Below, one piece after another: positions 38,390-50,710 of a stretch of DNA of 52,951 nucleotides (the stretch's first letter is position 1; each line of letters starts with the position of its first letter). The stretch spans positions 3,270 to 56,220 of the forward strand of contig MQRK01189108.1 in assembly GCA_001938485.1 (NCBI GenBank). The letters are read 5' to 3'. The DNA is from Girardia tigrina (Eukaryota). Below the pieces are notes generated by a model. The model did no database searches. It was given only the letters and a program-made list of their open reading frames with translations, and was not told the DNA's origin. Made by a program: the position numbers and the translations under genes.

Positions 38390-38800
38390 TCCGCCCTCGC
38401 AGATGTTACTTCAAGATACAAGAAAACAAGAGTTTATTCGTGTAGATGGACCGATGGAAAGACGAACCAAATATAAGGATTTAGATAGTAGAATTCATTA
38501 TTTTGCGTCAGGATATCGCAACAGAGACAGAATGAAATATCTGCGAGGAATTGCGTCAAATTTGTCGTTAAATTAAGTTTCTATTTTAATGATAAATAAA
38601 CATTAATATCTATCTTTATTGTAAATTTTAGAATTTTTTATTTATAGTAATTTTAAATTATTAAAATTTTATTGGGTACCGTTCTTTTTAAATTATATTC
38701 TTTAAATTCTTTCCAAAACAATTCAAAAAATTCTACACCAAAAGTATCGGTTCCCAATTTTATTAAATAAAAAAGTCCAGCACCAAAAAGTCCTGATTCA
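38390..38800 (+). mobile_element. MULE transposase C-terminal fragment and terminus
   Basis: KYKDLDSRI...MKYLRGIASNLSLN*; 38700-38765 is nearly duplicated at 37470-37535. Confidence 0.55.
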
Positions 38801-39056
38801 ATTTAATATATTCATTTACTTTCGGATCTTCTATTAAAAGATTCAAAAATTAAATTCAAATTTTTATATTGGTAATACCATATAAAAGTCCTTAGACTCA
38901 TATAGAAATAAGAAAGATAAAGGAACTAAATTTTATATATCCATATCAGACCAGTACGATCAGTGTGAAATTAGCATAGTCTTTTTTGTCTATTACATTC
39001 ATCGTTCAGTGAGAAGTGTTGTTTTGGATTAAAGATTTGTTCTTTATTGTTTGTTA

Positions 39057-40392
39057 TTAATATGGCAAAAAAGTTTTTTCCGTTACTCCTCTGTATTTCT
39101 AATTTCTAAATAAAACAAATATAAAACAACAAATATATATTTCTACACAACAGTATATTCACCATTACAACAAATAACGTTTTCAGCATGTGTAAAAAGT
39201 TTATCAAATTCATGTGTAAGTTTTTCTCGTGAGAGATTCCTCATAATATCACTGACCGCTTGTAAGACCTCTTCCTCACTTGCAAATGATGTTGTTCTTA
39301 GTGATCCTTTTAAAAATTTGAATATCCATTTGTCACACTGATTTAAATCAGGCGAATATGGAGCTTGTTTAATCAATTCAACATGTTTTTTCTGAAAAAA
39401 CTCCGTGGTAAACTTGGATGAATGTTGTCGAGCATTATCATGCTGCCAAAAAATTTCTCGCATATTCACTCGTCGTCTGTCTTTACTAAACTTTGTAAGA
39501 CTATTTTGAATATATTTTGTACATCTTTCAGAATTGATAGCCTCACCAGATTTTGTTACTTCGATGTGAAACTTACCATCAGCTGTGAATGCCAAAATAA
39601 GAGTTGTTCTTCGTCCAAATTTTTTGTTTTGAACAGCACGTGGTCGATGATCATCTCCACTTGCCTATACTCGTAAGTCGGATCTCCATTATGTAGGGGG
39701 AAATGATATCCACGTTTCATCAACTGTTATCCATCGTTTCATCAAGTATTCTTTCCCATATTGTTGCACAAGTTGCAAAAAATTTCTTGAAGATTCAATA
39801 CGTTGTCGTTTGTGATCATCAGTCAGTTGATAAGGCACCAAGATGCTCAAAATCTTTTTCCTGTTCAAATTTTCATGGAGGATTGTCCTTATTGAATTTC
39901 TTTGTTGACATCAAGCATTTCACTTATGTGTCTTAAAGACATTCTTTCATCCTGCTATATTATGTTCCGAACTTTTTCATTCAAATCATCAGTTGTTGTT
40001 GAAGGACGTCCACTTTTTGGGTGATCGTCCAACGATAGCCGCTTGCCTGAGGTAAAATCAGAGAACCAGTTTCTTATTGTGCGTTCGTTGAGCAATCATC
40101 ATGGAAGGCATTGAACAACTTTCTATAGGTTTCAGCTGCAGTCGTTCCATTTTTCCACTCAAGGTATGCATAGAATCGACTGTTATATTTTGAAAACTCT
40201 ATTTTTACCGACAACCTTTTAAATCCAATATGAAAAGTGATCATATGACACAAATAAATATATATGTATCGATTGATTTTTTTGCCAAAAAATATTTATA
40301 AACATGAATTAACAAAAAATAGCATTAGAATGATAATTTTCTTTCTTATTTAGAAGTGGAGAGTAACGGAAAAAACTTTCTTGTCATGTTAA
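39057..40392 (-). mobile_element. Mariner DD34D element, both TIRs present, disrupted transposase
   Basis: TIRs TTAATATGGCAAAAAAGTTTTTTCCGTTACTC / GAGTAACGGAAAAAACTTTCTTGTCATGTTAA; WITVDETW; HDNARQH...APYSPDLNQCD (34 residues between the Ds). Confidence 0.88.
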
Positions 40393-41096
40393 TAATTAAG
40401 TTTGTAAAATAATGGTAAATTAATATATATTTGTAAATTTGTTTAAAATAAACAATTTGACCTTTTGAGTTGTCGTTTCTTTTTCAAATAAAAAATGAAA
40501 AATAATTTGAAATATCGATCGATATTCACTTTGAAAAATGAATCGATCGAATATGAAAGATTCTAAATGAGATTGTTGAAAAAAAAATTTTAGCTGATTT
40601 CTAGCGATTGTCGTTTGTGTGACTTCCGCGATCGATTGAGAGACAATCAGAATTTTTCGAGAGCACTGGCGAGTGGAGTGGTAGAGTAAAGCAGCGAGAG
40701 CGCTCCCAAACTGATTGTCCAGTACCTGATGGTCACTCTATTCTTTTTCGATCTGGCACAAATCAATCGTTTTATCAATGACCAATCTGGAGCTACAATT
40801 TTTAATTTAGTCTTACTACCAATGTACCTGTAAAAATAAACTGCACTTTTAGAATAGAAAATAAAAGCAGATTCCAAATCAATGTATAGAATTTCGTTGG
40901 AAAAAAGTATTATAAAAGAAACAGATGGAAAACTGAAGTTTGTTGAACAATGTCACTTTATATATTTTCATTGTGGGAAAAAATTCACCTATAATACATT
41001 TTAATAGTTTATAATATAATGATTTTTACTTTTGTAACCTCTTAATAATCATAATAATAATGACATGTAACATAAGCATTTATAAACACCACCAAC

Positions 41097-41210
41097 CATG
41101 CTGATCCGTTGTTTTCTGCATTGATAAATTGCACTTCTTCACAACTATCATTGTAACACTTCTCGCAACAAATATACCTATCACATGTTAATTCACTAAT
41201 GATCTTCTCC
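41097..41210 (-). CDS. CBP: CBP/p300 exon: RING region (not in ORF track)
   Basis: tttcaacag| acceptor, |gttggt donor; 114 nt, phase 2/2; EKIISELTCDRYICCEKCYNDSCEEVQF. Confidence 0.82.
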
Positions 41211-41257
41211 CTGTTGAAATCATGATTTCATAATTCCTTCCATTAAAATTAAATTAC

Positions 41258-41427
41258 CCATTGGATTTATCATTTTGAAAGGCATAATAAACAGCATCCC
41301 GGACAATCAAACAAACATTTGGAGTACAACAAATCAAAACTTGAGGAAGATAAACGAACTCTCGGCCACAGCAAAACCCACAAGACACCATTATTTCATC
41401 AATTTTTGATTCAAATAATTTCGCTAA
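41258..41427 (-). CDS. CBP: CBP/p300 exon: end of bromodomain and start of RING (not in ORF track)
   Basis: tactttag| acceptor, |gtaatt donor; 170 nt, phase 0/2; LAKLFESKIDEIMVSCGFCCGREFVYLPQVLICC...RDAVYYAFQN. Confidence 0.88.
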
Positions 41428-41880
41428 CTAAAGTATTTATTGTTTTTCAATCTGATAAAATCTTTACAAATACATGCGTAATCTTTAAAAAAAGATAAAA
41501 AATATTTAATGATATAAAATGATATATTAAATAAAATGATATAAAATGTTTTCACATTGTAAAACATTATTTTTTTCGTTTAAGAATTCGAATTTATTCT
41601 TGTTAATTATAAATCATTTGTTAAATAATAAGGTTTTCTTCTATGGAATTTTAAGTGCGTAAGTTTGAATTGAATTATTAATTTAATATTAAAGTTAATC
41701 TAAAATATTTCATAAGAAAATGAACACAAAAAGTAATTAAATTATATTAAAAATTATTTCCTTAATACTTATTTTTAAGGAAAAGTGAAATAAATTTATT
41801 TTCATCCAATAATTTATTGGATAAATTTAATTTATTTTCGGAAAGTTTCCATATAGTGTACTTGCTTAGTGCATTTTGTA

Positions 41881-41919
41881 ACCTGATGATGGGATTATTA
41901 CTATCTCGAAACGCGTAGT
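41881..41919 (+). ncRNA. Minimal type I hammerhead ribozyme motif
   Basis: AC-CTGATGA-T-GGGAT(TATTACT)ATCTC-GAAA-CGCG-TA-GT; palindromic ACGCGT stem III. Confidence 0.75.
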
Positions 41920-41929
41920 CTTATTTTTA

Positions 41930-41932
<3 letters not shown>

Positions 41933-41966
<34 letters not shown>
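41933..41966. repeat. (TA)n microsatellite
   Basis: Direct observation; similar tracts at 9023-9050 and 34430-34470. Confidence 0.9.
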
Positions 41967-41971
<5 letters not shown>

Positions 41972-42036
41972 AGTCTTGTGAACGCAAGTTTAATATTTTG
42001 AAAATATAATTTGATTAAAGCTTTTTTTATATAATT

Positions 42037-42078
42037 ATTGGACATGTTTCGATGTTTATATACATCATCATCAGCAAT
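42037..42078 (-). ncRNA. Minimal type I hammerhead ribozyme motif (GUC triplet)
   Basis: Minus strand: ATTG-CTGATGA-T-GATGT(ATATAA)ACATC-GAAA-CATG-TC-CAAT; 4-bp stem I, 5-bp stem II, palindrome ACATGT. Confidence 0.8.
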
Positions 42079-42249
42079 TTTCGGATATTTAGTATATTGA
42101 GTCTTTGTTTTAACATGGATCACATTGAAGATGTTATTGGAAGAAAAATTAAATGATAAAATAAAGCTTAATTTTAATTACAACAAAGTATCCAATTATC
42201 CTATGTATCCAAACATTACGGTGTTTTATTTTAGATGTTTTGTCTTTAA

Positions 42250-42560
42250 AAAAAATAAATAAGCCCGAAATCGCACTCCGTTTACCTTTAATGTCAAGCC
42301 ATTATCATCTTCGAAAAAATACGGTCCATGGTCTCTATCTGTGCATACACCACACCAAACAGTAACTTTCTACAAACTTAAAGGCACCTCTTCGATTATT
42401 TGTAACTTCAGTTCCCCAATAACGAACATTTTATGTATTAACAATTCCACACAGCTTAAAATGATCCTCATCTTTCATGATTCCAGAAATCAGGTTCACC
42501 AACAAAAATGTTTTGCATTTGTAGACTGTATGGAACATAACTAGGCTTATCAACTGACAT
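42250..42560 (-). pseudogene. Tc1/mariner (DD41D-like) transposase fragment
   Basis: KVTVW.GV...HGPYFFEDDNG..KVNG remnants on the minus strand. Confidence 0.5.
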
Positions 42561-45500
42561 TAATTTCTGTGCAAATTACCTTTTGTAAGGAAAAACATGC
42601 AAGTCGAACTTCCAAATTGAGGTGTTTGAAACATCAATTTCAGAATCACTTCACTCAATTGATATATTTATTATAAATTATTTTTAAACAAAATTTTCAA
42701 CTATTTTCTTAATTAATAATTAACCCACCGATCTCTATCTTTCAATATTTTTTCATTTATTTAAAATTGCAATCAAATCAAAAGCATATTTAATTTTCAA
42801 ATTTTCAAATTTTAATAAAAATATTTACGAAAATTATTATTTTACGTGTACTTAATATTTTAAAAAATATTTAATGTTTAAATTCGTTTTTTTATTTTAA
42901 GCCTTTTATAATGTTTTTTTTATAATTTTGTTTTTTCAAATGAAATATTATATGCTGTTTTTAATTTTGCATTTTAAAAAAAACATTTTTTTAATATTTT
43001 TACTATTTTTGAAATTTTTGAAAATACGTCATATTTAATATTCAATTTTTTATTTTTTAAATATTTTAATTATTTTAATCATATTCTTAAATTAATATAA
43101 CATTTGAAAAATAAATTTTTTAAAATATTAATAAAATTTTTTAATAGAATTCAAATTATTTTTAAAAATACTGTTTTATCTGTTATCTGTTTTGATCAAC
43201 TCATTTTTCTACTAAAATAATATTTTTATTCTAATAAATTTAGAATATTTTTAAATTTAAAATATTTAAGTATTATTTTAATTAATTTTTAAAATTTTCA
43301 TTTTGATTTCAATTCCAAATAATCTTTTTAAAAACTATTTAAATTTTGATCAGCGAACTAAAATTAACTACCTCCTCATACAATTTTTCCACAATGTCGG
43401 TGGATAAGTACCGGATTTCTGAGCATGGTGACAATATGAAGTGTTTGGATGATCCACAAAATAGACTCTTACTGCCTCAATAACCTCATTACTTTGACGT
43501 GTCTTAATTTTAGGCTTAGATGTTGCAAAAGAACCATTCTCATCAAATTTGGTTATTAAATGTCAAATTGTCTTCGACCACAGTATTTATTTCTATATGA
43601 CTGTTGTGTTATTGTACCCGAGGACTGTTTTTGAAAATAAAATTTCAATTTGGGCTCTTGTGGTGTTTAATGCTTCATAGTAAAAATTGTACCGGTTTGA
43701 AATTCCTAACCGTGTTGTAACTTGTTATAAAATTGATACAAATAAACCGATCGAATAATTCAGGTAATCGAATCGATTTAATGTCCGAAAAATATTTATT
43801 TAAACGAGAAAACTTACAAGGACTATTTGATATTTTCAAGGACAACTTTGATAAATTGATTAAGTGATAACAGGATAATTGATAACATGATTATCAGTTT
43901 TTCAATCATTTATTCCTATCTATTTGATGATGAAAAATTACTTGATAAAAGAAAAACGCAAAATAATGATTATAAAACTCCAATGAATAAAAATTATTTT
44001 AAAAAATTGAAAACTAATTTAGAAATAAATTAAAAAATTGTAATTATGTTTCAATTACTTAAAGAAATTTTAATAACAATTTAACTAAAAATTATATAAT
44101 AAAATATTGTTTTTTTGATTTATTAAACAATTGAATTGAAAATTACTTTACACTGTCCTGTGGAAAATATTCCTCATTGAGAACGCAAAATTGACTAGTA
44201 CTTAAAACATTTAATTGCATATTTTTAATTGTACAAATTCATTAATTTACTAAAAGTGCTAGTTAAAATTTACTCAATGTATGAATATTGAAATGAATAA
44301 AAATGAATGTAGATGAGTATCTATGAAACATTTAAAATATAAATATTGTACAAGATAATAAAGCAACATAATAAAATAAATAATTTATTTGCCAAACAGT
44401 TTTATTAACACTAATATGAACCAAGGCGTTTCAAAACATATTTACCTTAACAAATTACAAATTATTCATTCAATAATTGGACGTTTGGAAGTTCATTAAT
44501 CATTAACTATCTTAATTTGAAAAATCACACCTACAAATTTATACAAATCATATTATTTGTTTTAAAATTATTTGTAAAAAATAATTTTTAAAAAGTAGAA
44601 AAATATAAATAATATAAAGATATTATATATAGAGAGTTTGATGAACGTCAATTTTAAATTTTAGAAAAAATAATTTATTTAGCGCTTGTTTAAGAATTTG
44701 ATTGTTAAACATATTGCGATGTTTCATACATCATTAGAAAATATAATTTGTTTCGTAAAATTTTTTAATCTTAAATTAAATATTTTTCAATTTTATAATA
44801 TTTAAAAAGTAAAAGTAAAATACTTATTTGAGAGCAAGCGTTGAACTTTGGATGTGATTGAAACCACTTTTTTAACAATGTCTATATTCTAACGAATACT
44901 CTTTTTAAATGTTTTAAACCCTTCAAAATTTAGGATTTAATTTCTCTTATTTTTCCTCTTTCATATATTCTTCATTTAGTCCTTTCTTAACCCGTGTTTG
45001 TGTACAATAATTGCCCAATAAAACCTTATTGGTTAGACCTATTTGTTTGTTTGTGTACATGTCGCTTAAGTGTCCTCTAATGATAATTTAGCTATCATTT
45101 TCGATTTGGAAGACAACTTCCAAATCTTTGAATATAATATACTTTATATTTTTCCTCACAAAGGCTCTGTGGTGTAGTGTAGAGACATGTATCCGTTGTC
45201 TTTCTGTATAATCCAGTTATATATTTCCCATTCATCATTGTAACAAGAATGTAAAAAAAGGTAGTTTGTTATTCTCAAATTTTTAGTAAATTGAACATTA
45301 GGATGAAGATAATTCATTGAAACCAAAAAGATATAATCTACATATTTTGTATAAAGATAAGTTTTTTTATCAGGATGTATATTTTTTCATAAAAATTGTT
45401 ACCAACGCTGGTGCTTATGGAGAATACATTACAACACCATCTTTCTTAATGTTATATTCATAGTTACGAATAAATGATACATTTTTAACACAAAATTAAA

Positions 45501-46160
45501 TAAGTTTTTTCAGCACATGTTTGTTATTTTTAATTTTTCACACAAATCAAAGGTTTGTATATAGACACAATAGTAAAAAAAACTGGATACATTAAATGAG
45601 ACCATATATTCAGTGTTGAATTTAGGAATATGGTTCAAAATTAAATCTTTGAACTCAAAGCTATCCTGGTCTCAAATTCATTAAAAATCAAGATATTCAA
45701 AAATGAATCTTTCAAAAAAGAATCAAAAATGAATCTTATTCAAAAGGATCTTTGCGACCCTGTAATGCACAGTATCAATCATTTAATGTATTTTAGTTAG
45801 CCCAAATAATCTAACAGGTTTTGAACCCTAATACATCAACAGTTTCTCAATTATTCTTTTATTCTTAAGAAGAGGTTTCAGTATATTCTTCAATTCAGTT
45901 TCATTCTGAAATCGATCGAAAACCGTACAAGTCGTTAAATGGTTAAGTTAACCCCGATTTTGATGATTCCTACACGGAATTTCGTGAAAATTTTTATGAA
46001 AATATCGATAAAATACTAATTTATTTGATAAATGACAATTTCTGTCACTTATTTACTAATTATATTTCTAAAATTCAATTTAGGTTAAATTTGCAAAATT
46101 TCGTTATCATCTGATTCACAGTTTGTCGGTCAAGCTCAAATTTTACTATGATCATATATA

Positions 46161-46364
46161 TGTCCATAAAAGACATCGCGTAGTAGGGGGGAGGGGGACA
46201 GAATTTAATGACGAAGTGTTTATGGGGGAGGCGGGTTTCGGAAATGTGACGTCAAATCGAAATGCTGACGTATTTAGAGAAAAAATTATGTGACGAAATT
46301 TGACGAGGAAAAGAAGGGGTTGGAAATCTGCTAAAATTGCGTGACGTCATTTATGGACAGTCCC
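46161..46364. mobile_element. PIF/Harbinger-like MITE
   Basis: IR TGTCCATAAAAGACATCGCG / CGTGACGTCATTTATGGACA(GTCCC); G-rich subterminal runs. Confidence 0.6.
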
Positions 46365-46837
46365 AAAATGAAAAATACTTGAGGAACAGTGATTGAATCC
46401 GCATAAAATTGAGATAACTCTGCATAGTCCACATCGAGACGGTTCTGTCTGTACAGCTCGTTTGCCGAAAGGCTCCGGGAGCCGATTCAACTGACTGATT
46501 GTTAAATCAACACAGAATTCGAAACAATAAATAATAAATTATAATAATTAAGATTTAAAAATTAAAACAGAAACTTTCAAAATCGAAAATTCAGCTCACC
46601 CGTCATATATGACGAGTCTTTTTCTAGTTAAACAAGATTCTTTTAAAAAATCTAAAAACTGATAAATAATATTGTAAAAAATATATAACGAAATATAAAT
46701 TAAAAATATATTTAAAAAATTATACTCTTATATTAATTAAATATTTTTTGATAATAAAAAATGACAACAAAAAAGTATAATAATAAAAATAAATAACAGT
46801 ATCAATAATATTTATTAACAGAAAAATAAAAATATTA

Positions 46838-48016
46838 TTACGTTGGTCGAAAAATAATGGCGGTTTTTGGGCTTTATACTTTGTTTATCTACTTTGATAT
46901 GTATATAAGTTTAAATGCATTAGTGTTAGATATTATTTGAAATCTTATGCCTAGCAGTATATTCCTATAGCCATTATTAACATATTGCTGTTATTTTTTA
47001 GAATATTTACGGTGCTAAATTAATAATGGAAAAAATTAAAATTCGAGCAATTTTCCGAAAATTTTCTGATGGAGATGAAAACCTTGAAGATAAAGAAGGT
47101 TGTGGTCGTCCAGTTGCTGTGAATAACGACAATTTGAGGACAATGGTGGAAACAGATCCCCGTACAACAATCAGAAAATTTGCAGATGGGTTGGGCATTA
47201 GTCATTCAACTGTCCTGGATCATTTAAAACAACTTGGAAAAATCAAGAAACTTGATAAATGGGTTCCACATGATTTGATTGAAAATCAAAAAAACCGACG
47301 CTATGAAATTTGTTCTGCCAATCATCTTCGCAATAAAAACTATCCATTTCTTGATTGTATTGTTACCTGTGATGAGAAATGGATCCTGTACGATAACCGA
47401 CGTCGATCTGCACAGTGGTTGGACAAAGATGAAGTACCGAAACACTTTCCAAAACCGAAACTAACACCCCGTAAGGTTATGGTGACAGTTTGGTGGTGTG
47501 ATGTTGGAATCATCCAATATAGTTTCTTGAATCCAGGTGAAACAATCACAGCGGAGAGGTACTGTCGTAAAATTGATGAAATGCATAAAAAATTGAAAAC
47601 CCTTTGTCCGGGATTGGTCAATCGAAAAAGTCCCATCCTTCTTCATGATAACGCTAGACCTTATATTTCAAAAGTGACTCTTCAAAAGCTTAATGAGTTG
47701 GGCTATGAAACCCTACTGCATCCACCATATTCACCAGACCTCTCGCCAACGGACTTCTACTTTTTCAGGCATTTGTACAACTTCCTACGTGAAAAAAATT
47801 TCAAAAACCAAAATGATGCTCAAAATGCCTTCCAAGAATTCGTCGCTTCGAGAACCGATGCATTTTATGCTGATGGAGTAAAACAACTTGTTTCTCGTTG
47901 GTAAAAATGTATTGATGCCAACGGTTCATACTTTGATTAATAAACTTTTGTTTCTGTGAATTTGCACGTCTTTGAAGTTTGTTTCCCAAACCGTCATTAT
48001 TTTTTGACCAACCTAA
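46838..48016 (+). mobile_element. Mariner (DD34D, cecropia/Hsmar1-like) with both TIRs; in-frame HTH deletion and late premature stop
   Basis: TIRs TTACGTTGGTCGAAAAATAATGGCGG / CCGTCATTATTTTTTGACCAACCTAA; ORF 47026-47904 with WVPHDL, TCDEKW, HDNARP, HPPYSPDLSPTD. Confidence 0.93.
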
Positions 48017-48233
48017 TAAATACTTTTAATTAAGGTATTTGTTACATAAAAAGCTATAATATTTAATATTTTTTTAAAAAATAAAATAAAAACAAAGAAT
48101 AATAAACAGTAATAATGAATAAAAGAATGAAATTGCAATAATGAATATTTTTAAGAATAATTTTGTGAATAATTCAGAATTAAATATTATAAAAACAAAT
48201 GAATAGTCAATGAAGTCATCAAACTTAACTCAC

Positions 48234-49128
48234 CGTACTACACATCTTGTAAACCTTTGACGTTTTTTTGTTATAGAGCCAGGCATTGTTGAACATCAAC
48301 CAGAAATCGTCGACTACATCCCATGGGTCATTATAGAGCCCATTCACAAGTTTGTCCTTAATTGTTGATAAATCCATCGGAAATTTGACGATGCTAGGAT
48401 AATCCGGAATATCAAGTAGCTCCCAGTTAACTGGTAATTTGAAAGGTTCGCTGTCCTTATCATTGAGTAGCATTTGGTGGATCGGTAGAAACATATTCAA
48501 CAGTTCATCACTCGACCATTTTTTCTGAGACACTGTTAAATCTTTATTCGGAGTTGATGTTGAATCGGGAGACATTTTGATATCGCTCGACAATTGTGTC
48601 GATATCGGTTTGATTGGAGTGTGAATCGCGCTATTGGGAGAAGCGGTGTTGGTGACGATCATCTCGCGTTTGATATCAATCTCATTTTCAGCTGTCCAAT
48701 AACCGAATTTTGAGTCACATTCTTTCTCCGATTTAATTACAATTTCCTGAAGATTTTCTTTCTTCACAGTTGTTGTCGTCGTTGTTGTTCCAAAATCAAC
48801 ACTTTCTTTTATATTTCCATTGAAATTTATAAAAAACTTATCGAATTCTGATTTGATTAATTGATAGAATTTGTCCACTTGTTTGTTGTTGGGAGTATTT
48901 GAAAGATGATGAAACATAACACTTTCGTTTTCTTTTGGATTACGTTTTGATAACAACAATCGATAGACCATACCAAATTTTTCCGCCAATTTATAGAGAT
49001 AATCATTAATGTTTTCAGCTTTTTGAAAAATCTCATATTCAAAACTTGTTACATAATTTGATACATCAGAATAACCCGAATGATTTTTTACGTCTTCACA
49101 AACTTTGACGGGAATTAATTCATCCGTT
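48234..49128 (-). CDS. CBP: CBP/p300 exon: partial KIX, linker and bromodomain
   Basis: ctaat...tttcttttgtcag| acceptor, |gtgagt donor; NYVTSFEYEIFQKAENINDYLYKLAEKF (KIX helices 2-3); PFKLPV..ELLDIPDY..IVKFPMDLSTIK...LMFNNAWLYNKKTSKVYKMC. Confidence 0.9.
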
Positions 49129-49849
49129 CTGACAAAAGAAATCACTCATTAGGACAAAAACCGATATTTTACAAAATATAAAAAATAATAAAAAATTTAA
49201 ATTAAAATTTATGTTAAACTATGTGTAAATCGAAGTGACAAAGCCCTAGAATACACTTGCAGAGGTACAAAAGAATAACTTAGTGATTATTTTGTACAAA
49301 AAGATATAACTATTAATAGGAAAAAAATGCCGAAGTAATCCCAAATCTGTTGAATTGTTTGACCGGAATTACAGAGACAATGATTTTAATGTTCTAGTTT
49401 TCATAAACAATATTTTTACATTCAATCTAATTTATAAGTATGTTTGTTTCCTCTAACAGTGAAAATGACAGTTAATGGAGCTGTCGACTTGAATCGAAAC
49501 CCAAGTCACTTTACCAACTCAACTCGACTTTTAAATGATTTAAAAGTGGAGCGAATATATAAGTTTGTTAGTGAAATTGCCATAAATAATAAAATAGATA
49601 TTTTTATAATATTTAAAAAATATTGAACGCCATTTCTAACGATTTATTTTAGTAATTAATTTAGGCGGATTACCCGCTATATTCAGACTAAATTAACTTT
49701 TCTTTTGAAATGTTTTATGATTATAAATGTTGATTATGAAATCAATTATTTCATTAAGGTTATATTTGAATAATTTTTAACTGGAGATGTAGTGTGAAGT
49801 TTGAATATTAATTTTCGGATCCATTGATCTAATTAAATAAGCCTCTAAC

Positions 49850-50457
49850 ATTACAACAATGTTCGGTGGGGTCCAAAGAATCAACACGCTCAAGAGCAGA
49901 TTCTAAACTCCCGCCAGGGAATTATGGTGTGGTGTGGAGTAACTTCGGCGGGTGTCTTGAGTCCTTACTTTTTTGATGGTCCAGTCAATGCTGATACCTA
50001 TCTACAAGAGGCTTACCTTCCAGCATGACGGGGCTCCTGCTTATTACACAGCTTCAGGACGCAGCTGGCTCGACGAAAAATTTCCTCAGCAGTGGATCGG
50101 TAGAAGTGGTTCAATGGAGTTGTTCTCTGCTTCGCCTGACTTAACTGTGTGTAATTACTTCCTCTAGGTCAACCTGAAGTACCATACAAGGCCTGCTACT
50201 ATTGTTAAGCTCAGATACAAGATCGAGTGCAGCATTAAAGAAATAGCACAGGACATGATCAAAATAGCATGCCATGCAGCGTATGAGCGGTTTGAACAGT
50301 GCACTGCCTTGCATGGAAAACAACTGCAAATGTGATCCTATTCAGAACACTCTCTATATGTTGGCAGATACAGAAGTACCATTAACTTGGCATTTTCTTT
50401 TATTTTGTCAGATATACATACAAAATAATTCCCTCTCATTACTATTGGAACACCCTA
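49850..50457 (+). mobile_element. 3' half of a degenerate DD41D-type Tc1/mariner element
   Basis: IMVWCGV...SPYFF; FQHDGAPAYY...WIGRSG...SPDLTVCN (41 spacing, last D changed to N); TIR-like end TATTGGAACACCCT. Confidence 0.7.
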
Positions 50458-50710
50458 TATTTAATTTAAAATAAAAACTTATTTGGAAATAAAATAATTT
50501 AATTAAAAAACAATTGCAATAATTTTAAAATTTAAAAAAAAGGATTAACTAGATAAATGAAAATCGATTTTTTTAAATGAGAAACCAAAACACAAATGAC
50601 AGAAGTTTTAAAAGAAAAGCAGATGAAAATTTGTGTAAATTTATATGCAATATCATTCACAAATCTTGATAATTATGAATTCTCATTCGAATTTCGAAAA
50701 CGAGATATTA

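Noticed and set aside
49122-49150. ATG (49149) or the ORF-track GTG start as the CBP initiation codon
   Set aside because: The ATG frame stops after 9 codons; a strong acceptor at 49129 and the missing first KIX helix indicate an internal exon.
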